Shown here one piece after another: positions 9,660 through 18,760 of a stretch of 64,000 bases of DNA. The number at the start of each line of letters is the position of its first letter. Within the stretch, counting starts at the first letter, position 1. Source of the DNA: an uncultured Aliarcobacter sp. (GTDB lineage: Bacteria; Campylobacterota; Campylobacteria; Campylobacterales; Arcobacteraceae). The stretch is taken from the NCBI GenBank assembly GCA_963677435.1, contig OY781945.1, positions 832,001 to 896,000 on the forward strand, read 5' to 3'. The notes under the pieces were generated by a model that was not told the DNA's origin, ran no database searches, and was given only the letters and a program-made list of their open reading frames with translations. The position numbers were made by a program, and so were the translations under genes.

Positions 9660-9956
9660 ATGAATATATCTTCAATAACTGATTCAATTGGTTCTTTAAG
9701 TCTAAATACAAATAACAAAATTGATAAAAGTAATGATAAATCTTTTCAAAGTATGTTAAACAGTGCAATTTCTGATGTTAATAACCAACAAGTTGAGGGT
9801 TATAATGCTATGGAAGGAATTGCAACTGGAAAAGTTACTAATTTACAAGAAGCTGTTCAAAAGATTGAAGAGGCTGAATTATCTATGAAATTAGCGTTAG
9901 AAGTTAAAAATAAAGCTATAAGTGCATATAAAGAAATTATGAGAATGCAAATTTAG
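9660..9956 (+). CDS. fliE: Flagellar hook-basal body protein FliE
   Basis: C-terminal AELSMKLALEVKNKAISAYKEIMRMQI. Confidence 0.95.
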   Translation: MNISSITDSIGSLSLNTNNKIDKSNDKSFQSMLNSAISDVNNQQVEGYNAMEGIATGKVTNLQEAVQKIEEAELSMKLALEVKNKAISAYKEIMRMQI

Positions 9957-9970
9957 TAAAAGGAGTAGTT

Positions 9971-10432
9971 ATGGGTTTTTTCGATGGTTATAATGTTGCA
10001 ACATCAGGTATGAGTGCGCAAAGAACAAGAATTAATGTTGTAAGTGCAAATATAGCAAATGCAAAAACTACTCATACTTTAGAGGGTGGTCCTTATAAAA
10101 AACAACAAGTTGTATTTCAAGATGTTCTTTTAGCTAATAGTAATAAAACAAATTCAAATGATGTTGAAACTACAAATAATAAAAATTCTGATATAGCATT
10201 AAGAGGTGTAGGTGTTAAATCAATTGTCCAATCTGATGCAAAACCTGTAATGAGGTATGAACCTGCTCATCCTGATGCTAATGCAGATGGATATGTAGCA
10301 TATCCAGATATTAATCCAGTTGTTGAAATGGTAGATTTAATAGAAGCAACGAGATCGTATGAAGCAAATGTAGCTTCATTTAATACTCATAAAAATATTG
10401 ACTCTAAAACTTTAGAAATATTAAATGCATAA
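9971..10432 (+). CDS. flgC: Flagellar basal-body rod protein FlgC
   Basis: SGMSAQRTRINVVSANIANA, YEPAHPDANADGYVAYPDINPVVEMVDLI...RSYEAN. Confidence 0.97.
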   Translation: MGFFDGYNVATSGMSAQRTRINVVSANIANAKTTHTLEGGPYKKQQVVFQDVLLANSNKTNSNDVETTNNKNSDIALRGVGVKSIVQSDAKPVMRYEPAHPDANADGYVAYPDINPVVEMVDLIEATRSYEANVASFNTHKNIDSKTLEILNA

Positions 10433-10437
10433 TTAAA

Positions 10438-12489
10438 ATGTCAAATATTATAGATAACTTACTACCAACTGAAAAAGCTATAAAGACAAATAGCCCTTTA
10501 ACATCAGATCAATCAGTAAAAGATAAACCTTCTTTGTTTGATTCTTTATTGTCAAATATTTTTCCAAAAGATGGGCCTGCAGTTGATCCTCAAAATTCTT
10601 CAGAAAAAGAAATAAAAAAAGAAAAATCTTTAAATACTATTCTTGATACAAAAACAAATGAAGATCTACAATTATTAGATGATGAGACAGTATCCCTTAT
10701 CAAAGAACAAAAGATTACTTCACCTTCATTATTAGATAGATTAATAATAGAAGCAAAGAAAAGTACAAAACAATTAGAAAATAATAATCTTGAAAATGAA
10801 GATGCTACTTTACAAAAAAATAATGAAACAAAAGCTATTACTGATAGTACAATAGAAAAAAATATTGAGATAAAAAATATAGATTCAACAGAGAACATAA
10901 AAAATGTAACAACTAAAGATGTAGATAATACCTTATTAAATAGTTTGAATGAGAATACTCAAGATTCATTAAAATTACTTAATAATGATACAAAAATTGA
11001 ACTTAAGGAAAATATTGTAAATGAAACTTCAGCAAAAGTTGAATCAACTATTCCAAATGTTACACTATCAGAAGATAAAACTATAAAAAAAGATTTATTA
11101 GATAATATCCTTCCTAACACTGACCTAGATTCAACTAAGTTAATTGAAGTAAAAAATAATGATAAAGATATTAAGAATGAAATTTTAGATGATTCCTTGA
11201 AGAATAAAATAAATAATCCTGATATAAAATTAGATAATAATGAATCAAAAGTAATAATTACTGAACAAAAAAAATCTTTAACAGATAAAATTATTGATAA
11301 TAATATCGAAATAAATAAGAATCTAAATAAAAGTGCTGATAATTTAGTATTAGGAAATAATACATCAGAAAATGATAATTTAACTATTGGAAAAGAACCT
11401 TTAAGCAGTACAGTATTGTTAAGTAAGAATTTAAAAAATAGTGATTCTTTAATAGAAGATAATATCAGCACTTCGATAGAGATTAAAAATAGTGATAAAC
11501 AAAAAAATGAAACAGAAATAGTTAGTACTAAGAAAAATGAAAAAATGTCTTTAATGGATCAATTGATTCAAAAGAATGATACAAATCTTACTTTAAGTAT
11601 TGCAAGTGATATTAATCCATCTAAACAAGAAATTGTTGGTAAAGACTTTATATCAAGTTTATATTTAGGTTCACAAAAAAATAAAATTAATAATCAAACA
11701 TTATTTAATAAAAATGAAGCATTGACTCTTTTAAAAGAAGGTACTTCAATTGATGCTGTTAAAACTAGTGCTGAAATGTTAGATTTAGGCTTAGAAAGTA
11801 TAGATCTTGATAATAATATTGAGATTGAAAAAGTTGAAGTAAAAAATGTTAATTTAAAAATTGAAAATAAAAAAGATTTTATTGATAATATTCTTTTAGA
11901 TAAAAATATCAAAAGTGATGATATAAAAGGTTTAATTACGAAATCAGTTGATGCAAGTAATGCTTTGATAGAAGATACAATACATTTAGCAGATGATTCA
12001 GTAGTTAGTGTAAATTCTCCATTGTCATTTAATATTCAGTCAAAAATAATAGGTGCGAGACAACAAATGTCTACTATGATGTCTGATATTGCAAAACAGA
12101 TGTATGAAAACTATAAGCCACCAGTTACCGCTTTTAGAATAAATTTACATCCTACAACATTAGGTTCAATTGCTATTTTAATGAAAAGTGACAAAAATAA
12201 TGGATTATCAATAAGTATGAATGTTTCAAATCATTCAACATTGGATGCATTAGTAGAAAATCAAAATGTGTTAAAAAATTCATTAGGTAAGACATTTAAT
12301 GAAAATACACAATTTAATTTAGATTTTAGTTCATCAAATCAAAATAGTAATAATCAATCATCATCTAATAATCAAAGTGCTCAAGGACAAAGTGGAAGAA
12401 GGATTGAACCTCAAATGGACACTCAATCTATTTTACAACTAAAAGAAGAGAATAAAGATAGAGAAGAAAAAAGTATAGATTATATGTAA
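10438..12489 (+). CDS. fliK: Flagellar hook-length control protein FliK (long)
   Basis: Long low-complexity N/K/D/S-rich region; C-terminal FliK domain FRINLHPTTLGSIAI...L..L..N...LKNSL. Confidence 0.85.
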   Translation: MSNIIDNLLPTEKAIKTNSPLTSDQSVKDKPSLFDSLLSNIFPKDGPAVDPQNSSEKEIKKEKSLNTILDTKTNEDLQLLDDETVSLIKEQKITSPSLLDRLIIEAKKSTKQLENNNLENEDATLQKNNETKAITDSTIEKNIEIKNIDSTENIKNVTTKDVDNTLLNSLNENTQDSLKLLNNDTKIELKENIVNETSAKVESTIPNVTLSEDKTIKKDLLDNILPNTDLDSTKLIEVKNNDKDIKNEILDDSLKNKINNPDIKLDNNESKVIITEQKKSLTDKIIDNNIEINKNLNKSADNLVLGNNTSENDNLTIGKEPLSSTVLLSKNLKNSDSLIEDNISTSIEIKNSDKQKNETEIVSTKKNEKMSLMDQLIQKNDTNLTLSIASDINPSKQEIVGKDFISSLYLGSQKNKINNQTLFNKNEALTLLKEGTSIDAVKTSAEMLDLGLESIDLDNNIEIEKVEVKNVNLKIENKKDFIDNILLDKNIKSDDIKGLITKSVDASNALIEDTIHLADDSVVSVNSPLSFNIQSKIIGARQQMSTMMSDIAKQMYENYKPPVTAFRINLHPTTLGSIAILMKSDKNNGLSISMNVSNHSTLDALVENQNVLKNSLGKTFNENTQFNLDFSSSNQNSNNQSSSNNQSAQGQSGRRIEPQMDTQSILQLKEENKDREEKSIDYM

Positions 12490-13238
12490 TGGAAGCATTT
12501 TTATCTTTACTTAATGAAGATATTTTATATCAATTTCTTCTTCTATTTGCTAGAATATTATCTTTTGTTGCATTCATGCCAGTTTTTGGACATACTGCAA
12601 TTGGACCAACTGTAAGAATAGCCTTTGCTTTTTATTTAACAATTTTTATTTTTCCTTTGGTTGATATTACATCTGATGTTAATCCAGATAATTTTATTAT
12701 GAGTTTAATATCAGAAATAACATTAGGACTTGTAGCTGCTATGTTAGTTAATATTATTTTCTCAGCAGTTAGAATAATTGGAGAGTTTGTAGAATATTCA
12801 ACAGGGTTATCAATGGCTTCAATGTTTGATCCAACAACTGGTGGACAAGAGGGAATAGTTGCAAAGTTACTCTTTTGGATTGCTTTGATGTTATTTTTCC
12901 AAACAGGAATGTACGAAATGACACTAGTTATTTTAGTAAAAAGTTTTTCTATGATTCATTTGGGAAGTTTTAATATTTTTTCATATGATGGAGTTCAACT
13001 AGCTATTGATGAGATAAAAAGAATGTTTGCTTTTGCTTTTGCTTTTGCATTACCTCTATTTTTTGTTGGTTTTATTTTAGATATTTATTTCGGTTACGGA
13101 ACAAAATCTATGCCATCATTTTCACCATTTGTAGTAACATTCCAATTCAAATTTGCATTGATTTTTATTTTTTTAATATTAAGTATGGAAACATTTACAA
13201 CTGCATTTGTAGACTATTTTATTTCAAAATTTCAATAA
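12489..13238 (+). CDS. fliR: Flagellar export protein FliR
   Basis: FLLLFARI..F....P.FG, GEFV....GLSMASMFDP, polytopic membrane protein. Confidence 0.95.
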   Translation: MEAFLSLLNEDILYQFLLLFARILSFVAFMPVFGHTAIGPTVRIAFAFYLTIFIFPLVDITSDVNPDNFIMSLISEITLGLVAAMLVNIIFSAVRIIGEFVEYSTGLSMASMFDPTTGGQEGIVAKLLFWIALMLFFQTGMYEMTLVILVKSFSMIHLGSFNIFSYDGVQLAIDEIKRMFAFAFAFALPLFFVGFILDIYFGYGTKSMPSFSPFVVTFQFKFALIFIFLILSMETFTTAFVDYFISKFQ

Positions 13239-13252
13239 TTTAAGGTTTTTAT

Positions 13253-14299
13253 ATGGCTGATGATGACAAAACAGAAGAACCCACCAGTAAAAAAATTGAT
13301 GATGCCAAGGCAGAAGGAAATGTTTCAAAATCAGCAGAAGTTTCAGGAGCTACTGTATTAACTCTTGGAACGATGTATCTTTTGTTTTTTTCTTCATACT
13401 CTCTAATTGAAATAAAAAAAATGATGATATTTTCATATGGTTTTATTGGGCAAGAATTAGATAGTGCATTATATTATTCTATTACATTTCAATTAGTTAT
13501 GACACTTTTAAAAGCTTTAGCACCTTTATTTATTTTAGTAGTACTTTTAGTACTAGTAAGCAATATTGCTCAATTTGGATTTGTTACTATTCCTCTTAGT
13601 TTTAAATTAGAGAAATTAGATCCAATTAAAGGGTTAAAAAACATATTTGGATTTAAAAAGATTATTGAAGCATTAAAATTATTAGCAAAATTATTATTGA
13701 TAACTATAGTTATGCTTCTTATTTTCTCTTTAACTTATCAAAGTTTCTTAATGATGATGAGTCAAGACACACAAGATACAATAGCAACAATGTTTCAATT
13801 AGCTGTATATTTCCTTTGTGCGATTCTTTTTATTATTATTATTTTTGCTATAATAGATTTTTATTTTACTAGACATTATTATATGAAGTCTTTGATGATG
13901 AGTAAACAAGAAATTAAAGATGAATTTAAAAATATGGAGGGAGATCCTCAAGTAAAAGGTAGAATTAGAAGAATTCAAATGCAAATGGCACAAAAACGAA
14001 TGATGAGTTCAGTTCCTGAAGCGGATGTTGTTATTACAAATCCAACACACTATTCAGTAGCATTGAAGTATGATAATAAAGTAGATTCTGCACCAAAAAT
14101 TATAGCAAAAGGTATAGATTTTCTTGCAATTAAGATAAGAGATATTGCAAAAGAGAATAAAATACCAATTATAGAGAATCCAGCACTTGCAAGATCTTTA
14201 TATGATCAAATAGATATAGACAGAGAAATACCAAATGAATTTTATAAAGCTATGGCTGAAATATTTTCATATGTATATGAATTAAAAAATAAAAGGTAA
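13253..14299 (+). CDS. flhB: Flagellar export switch protein FlhB
   Basis: KTEEPTSKK, EFKNMEGDPQVK, autocleavage motif VITNPTH. Confidence 0.98.
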   Translation: MADDDKTEEPTSKKIDDAKAEGNVSKSAEVSGATVLTLGTMYLLFFSSYSLIEIKKMMIFSYGFIGQELDSALYYSITFQLVMTLLKALAPLFILVVLLVLVSNIAQFGFVTIPLSFKLEKLDPIKGLKNIFGFKKIIEALKLLAKLLLITIVMLLIFSLTYQSFLMMMSQDTQDTIATMFQLAVYFLCAILFIIIIFAIIDFYFTRHYYMKSLMMSKQEIKDEFKNMEGDPQVKGRIRRIQMQMAQKRMMSSVPEADVVITNPTHYSVALKYDNKVDSAPKIIAKGIDFLAIKIRDIAKENKIPIIENPALARSLYDQIDIDREIPNEFYKAMAEIFSYVYELKNKR

Positions 14300-14302
14300 A
14301 AA

Positions 14303-16297
14303 TTGAGATTATTAATAATTATATTTTTAGTATTAAATGTATCATATGCAAAAAAAGATTTTTATTATGGTTTTATTGACTCCTCAGGTGTACAAATCTC
14401 AGAGCAAAGAAAACAATCAATAAATGATGGTTTTGATATTTTACAAAATGCAAGAACTTTAGCTCGTGATGGAAAAATAGATGATGCTTATGAACAAGTT
14501 AAAAATTTTAAAGACAAGAATAAAATCAATATATTAGTTTCCGATACAATACTTTTATATGCCGAATTAGCTTTAAAAAAACAATCTAAAAGATTAATTT
14601 TAGAGGCATCTAGTGAATTAGAAGTAGCAATTAATTCTTCTAAAATCAATCAGTATGATTTAGCAAAAGCTTATATGATTTTGGTTGAATTAAAACTTGA
14701 AATAAACAAAATTGAAGATGCAAAATATTTTGCACAAATAATAATTGATAATTTTGATGATGAATTAACAAAAACTTATGGAAAAATTTCTATGGCAAAG
14801 GTTTATAAATATCAAAAAGATTATGCAAAAGCTATAAAATATTTATATGAAATATTAACAGTAACAAAGGATAAAACGGTTGCTACTGTTGTTGCAGATG
14901 AACTATTTGATGTTTATATTTTAGATGAAAAATATGATAAAGCAAATGAATTAATAACTCAAGTTTTAAAAACAAATATTGATTTTTATGCTAATGATTC
15001 ATATTTAGCAAATAAAAAGATTAATCGATTAATAAAAGCTGGTATGCCAGAACATGCAGCTGAGATATTAAATGAACTCTTAAAAAGAACTACAAAAGAA
15101 GAATCTATTGAAGATTTTAAATTTAAATTAGCAAATACATATATGCTTATGTATGATAAAACAAACTATTATTTAGAAAAAGCAAAAGATTTATATAAAG
15201 ATATAATAAATGATTTTTCTCAGGGTATTCATTCAAAAGATTCTAAAATGTATATTGATGAAATTTTAATGAGACAAGGATTTATAAATCCTACTGTTAT
15301 CTCTGCTAAGTATCCAGAAGTTGAAGCAATGCAACAAAAAGCTCTTTTACAAGAACTTTTAAATAATATGAATGATAAAAAATATGAACTTATATTAAAA
15401 GCTGAAAAAGTTTATAATAAAATTTCTAATGAAATTGTAAAAAGATTTGGTTATCCAAGTATTATTGATATTTATGATGAGGTAAATATTCAGATAATTA
15501 AAGATTATTTGGCTCAAGGTAAATGCAGTGAATTAAAAGATATTTTAAAAACTTCTAGAAATGAAACTTTAGTTAAATTAATTGAAGATGAAACGATCAA
15601 ATACTCTTTTTTTGAGTGTTTAATAGAATCTCCATATGAAAAAGCTTATCTTCAAATAAAAGATACTTTTGATAAAACAAGAGATGCAAATATTTATTTG
15701 TATTTAGAACGAATGGCTTTTAGTTTAGAATCAATAGATGAAGCTTTAGATTTTTCTGCAAAAATTGATATGGTTGATGATACTACTGTATTAGCTAAAG
15801 AGTTTCTATATAGATATCAAATAATAAAACAAAAAGATGATAATATTTCTATGGATAAATTTTTTGCTTATACAGATATTCATCGTGATTTTATCAAAGT
15901 AAATGAAAATAACCCAGTAATCATAGATTTTTATTATGATTATTATTTTAATTTATTAAAAAATAATGATAAAAAGTTTGCAAATGAGATATTGAATAAA
16001 TTATATAATAAACAAAAAGAATTAAAAGTTTTTATTTACTCTCCGTTTGTTGAAACTGAGCTTGCAAGAATTGCAAAAGAATCAAATGAAAATCAGAAAT
16101 CAGTAAATTTATTACTCGAAGCATTACAAGATACAAGAAAAATAAAACCTAATGATGAAGTAAAAATATATTATGATATTTTAAACTTATATGATACTAT
16201 AGGTAATAAAAGTAAAAAAGATGAATATATTTTAAAATGTAAAGAAGTAAAAGATAGTGTTGATAGTTTATATAAAAAGATGTGCGATGAGATGTAA
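14303..16297 (+). CDS. Exported TPR/helical-repeat protein, putative flagellar motor accessory
   Basis: Signal peptide (MRLLIIIFLVLNVSYA), helical repeats with TPR-like A/Y patterns; translationally coupled between flhB and fliI. Confidence 0.7.
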   Translation: MRLLIIIFLVLNVSYAKKDFYYGFIDSSGVQISEQRKQSINDGFDILQNARTLARDGKIDDAYEQVKNFKDKNKINILVSDTILLYAELALKKQSKRLILEASSELEVAINSSKINQYDLAKAYMILVELKLEINKIEDAKYFAQIIIDNFDDELTKTYGKISMAKVYKYQKDYAKAIKYLYEILTVTKDKTVATVVADELFDVYILDEKYDKANELITQVLKTNIDFYANDSYLANKKINRLIKAGMPEHAAEILNELLKRTTKEESIEDFKFKLANTYMLMYDKTNYYLEKAKDLYKDIINDFSQGIHSKDSKMYIDEILMRQGFINPTVISAKYPEVEAMQQKALLQELLNNMNDKKYELILKAEKVYNKISNEIVKRFGYPSIIDIYDEVNIQIIKDYLAQGKCSELKDILKTSRNETLVKLIEDETIKYSFFECLIESPYEKAYLQIKDTFDKTRDANIYLYLERMAFSLESIDEALDFSAKIDMVDDTTVLAKEFLYRYQIIKQKDDNISMDKFFAYTDIHRDFIKVNENNPVIIDFYYDYYFNLLKNNDKKFANEILNKLYNKQKELKVFIYSPFVETELARIAKESNENQKSVNLLLEALQDTRKIKPNDEVKIYYDILNLYDTIGNKSKKDEYILKCKEVKDSVDSLYKKMCDEM

Positions 16298-17601
16298 TGA
16301 ATATTGAAGATATATTAAGTAGGATTGACTCAACTAATCTATCTATTCCTTTTGGAAGAATTATAAATATTTCATCTACAACTTTAACAGCAACAGGTTT
16401 AGAAGTTGCCGTTGGAGATATAGTAAAAATAGAATCAGTTTTAAATCTGGGCACTGTTTTGGGAATGGTTGCTTCAATTGATAATATATCATTTACAATT
16501 GTACCTTTTTCTTTTATTGATGGATTTAAAATTCATGATAAAGTTTACATTCAAAAAGATGGATTAACAGTTAAATGTGGTTATGGTTTATTAGGTAGAG
16601 TTATAAATGCTTTAGGTGAACCAATTGATAATTTAGGAAAAATTACTAATTTAGAAGAAAATGCACCAATAAATAAACTTTCAATGCCTCCCCTTGAAAG
16701 AGGAATAATTGAACAAAAGTTTGCAACTGGTGTTAAAGCCATTGACTCAATGTTAACAAGTGGTAAAGGGCAAAAAGTTGGTATATTCGCAGGTTCAGGA
16801 GTAGGAAAATCTACTCTTATGGGAATGATTGTAAAAGGCTGTGAAGCGCAGATAAAAGTTGTTGCATTAATTGGTGAGAGGGGACGGGAAATTCCTGAAT
16901 TTATTCATTATAATCTAGATAATAATTTAGAAAATACTGTAATTGTTGCAGCAACTTCTGATGAATCTGCATTAATGAGAAAATATGGAGCATTTACAGC
17001 TATGGCAATTGCCGAGTTTTTTAGAGATAAAGGGCATGATGTTTTATTAATGATGGATTCAGTTACAAGATTTGCAATGGCTCAAAGGGAAATAGGTTTA
17101 AGTACAGGAGAGCCACCTGTAAGTCGTGGATATCCACCTTCTGTATTTGCATTACTTCCTCAATTAATGGAGAGAGCTGGAAATAATAAAAAAGGTTCAA
17201 TCACTGCATTTTTTACAGTTTTGGTTGATGGAGATGATATGAACGATCCAATTGCAGATCAAAGTAGATCTATCCTTGATGGTCATATTGTTTTAACAAG
17301 AGAATTAACAGAACAAGGTTTTTATCCGCCAATAAATTTATTAAAATCTGCTTCAAGGGTTATGGATAAGGTTGTTACAAAAGAACACTATAATGATTTT
17401 TTAAAGTTAAAAAGAGTATTATCATTAATAAAAGAGAATGAAGTGTTGGTTAGAGTTGGAGCTTATAAAACTGGAATGGATCCAGAACTTGACAATGCAA
17501 TGTCAAAGAAAGAACAAATAAGAGAATTTCTAACTCAAGATACTCAGAAAGTCTTTGAATTTGATGAGATAGTAACAATGTTTAGAAAGGTTTTACAATG
17601 A
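16297..17601 (+). CDS. fliI: Flagellum-specific export ATPase FliI
   Basis: GIFAGSGVGKST, LIGERGRE, LMMDSVTR, GEPP...GYPPS, DGHIVL. Confidence 0.98.
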   Translation: MNIEDILSRIDSTNLSIPFGRIINISSTTLTATGLEVAVGDIVKIESVLNLGTVLGMVASIDNISFTIVPFSFIDGFKIHDKVYIQKDGLTVKCGYGLLGRVINALGEPIDNLGKITNLEENAPINKLSMPPLERGIIEQKFATGVKAIDSMLTSGKGQKVGIFAGSGVGKSTLMGMIVKGCEAQIKVVALIGERGREIPEFIHYNLDNNLENTVIVAATSDESALMRKYGAFTAMAIAEFFRDKGHDVLLMMDSVTRFAMAQREIGLSTGEPPVSRGYPPSVFALLPQLMERAGNNKKGSITAFFTVLVDGDDMNDPIADQSRSILDGHIVLTRELTEQGFYPPINLLKSASRVMDKVVTKEHYNDFLKLKRVLSLIKENEVLVRVGAYKTGMDPELDNAMSKKEQIREFLTQDTQKVFEFDEIVTMFRKVLQ

Positions 17602-18740
17602 TTAATCAAACAGATCAACTGCTTTATAGGTTGAGTAATTTAGATATTCAACAACAAAAAAATAATTATCAAATGAGTACACAAAAAGAGCTTCAAGAAG
17701 GGAGTGATGATTCAACTTTATATTCTAGATTAATCTCTGTTGATGAGAAAATAAGAACTTATGAAGGTATTCAAACTCAAATTCAAAAAACTACAGTTCA
17801 GAATAATACAGCTGATTCTAGTATGGCGCAGATAAAGAAGATATTAGAAAATGCTAAATCTGAATTAGTTAAAGCAAACACCGCAACAACAACAACAGAT
17901 GGAATTGCTGGAATTAGTGCAAATCTTTCTGGAATAAAAGAAAATCTGTATCAGTTTGCAAATACACAAGTTGAAGGTCAATATGTATTCGCAGGTTCAA
18001 ATTCATCTGTTCAACCATTTGAAAAAGATGCTAATGGTAAAATTTCATATGTTGGAAATAATCAACTAAGAAAGGTAGCTGTTGCTGAAGGTTCATATAG
18101 AGAAGAAGGTATAAGTGGAGTTGATATGATGATGTATCCAACCGCTAATGCTTATAAAGGTGAAAATTTAAATTTTAGTGCTTCAGATAGAATTTTTGAT
18201 CAAGACGGTAGTGAATGGAAATTAAATTCTCCTACAAATGATACATTAACAAAATATGATTTAGATGGGAATATTACAAGTGAAACAATAACTCCTATTT
18301 CAAATGATGGATTAATTCCTGCAACATACACTGCAACATTACCTTCAGCTGATGGTATAAAATTTGAAGCAAAAACAAATATTTTTGATTTAATAGATAA
18401 TACAATCAATGCATTAAATAAAGTTGATAGTGTTGGTAATCCTATTACAGATGAAGAGTCAAAATCATTAATAGTAAAAAATGCTGGAGAATTAGATAAA
18501 GCTTACGATGGAGTTAATATTGCTCATGCACAACTTGGAGGAAGAAATAAGTTATTTGAAAATGCTCTTGACAATGTTTCTTCTAAATTAACACAATATA
18601 AGATTTTATCTCAAAATATTGGAGCTGCTGATACTACAAAAGTTGCATTAGAAGCTAAATCTTTAGAGTTAACATATACAGCACTTTATTCAACAATTAG
18701 CAAAACAAATGAGTTGTCGCTAGTTAATTTTTTAAAATAA
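17598..18740 (+). CDS. flgL: Flagellar hook-associated protein 3 FlgL
   Basis: Flagellin-like N/C helices, ANT..EGQYVFAG, C-terminal YTALYSTISK...LSLVNFL. Confidence 0.9.
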   Translation: MINQTDQLLYRLSNLDIQQQKNNYQMSTQKELQEGSDDSTLYSRLISVDEKIRTYEGIQTQIQKTTVQNNTADSSMAQIKKILENAKSELVKANTATTTTDGIAGISANLSGIKENLYQFANTQVEGQYVFAGSNSSVQPFEKDANGKISYVGNNQLRKVAVAEGSYREEGISGVDMMMYPTANAYKGENLNFSASDRIFDQDGSEWKLNSPTNDTLTKYDLDGNITSETITPISNDGLIPATYTATLPSADGIKFEAKTNIFDLIDNTINALNKVDSVGNPITDEESKSLIVKNAGELDKAYDGVNIAHAQLGGRNKLFENALDNVSSKLTQYKILSQNIGAADTTKVALEAKSLELTYTALYSTISKTNELSLVNFLK

Positions 18741-18760
18741 CTAGTTAATATAATTAATAA

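Noticed and set aside
10590..11912. Antisense ORFs within fliK, and similar short antisense ORFs elsewhere in the track
   Set aside because: Fully nested opposite well-supported genes, no RBS or recognisable motifs.
13026..13049. (TTTGCT)n repeat in fliR as a phase-variation tract
   Set aside because: Only four hexamer units, in frame, encoding FAFAFAFA in a TM helix; slippage would not shift the frame.
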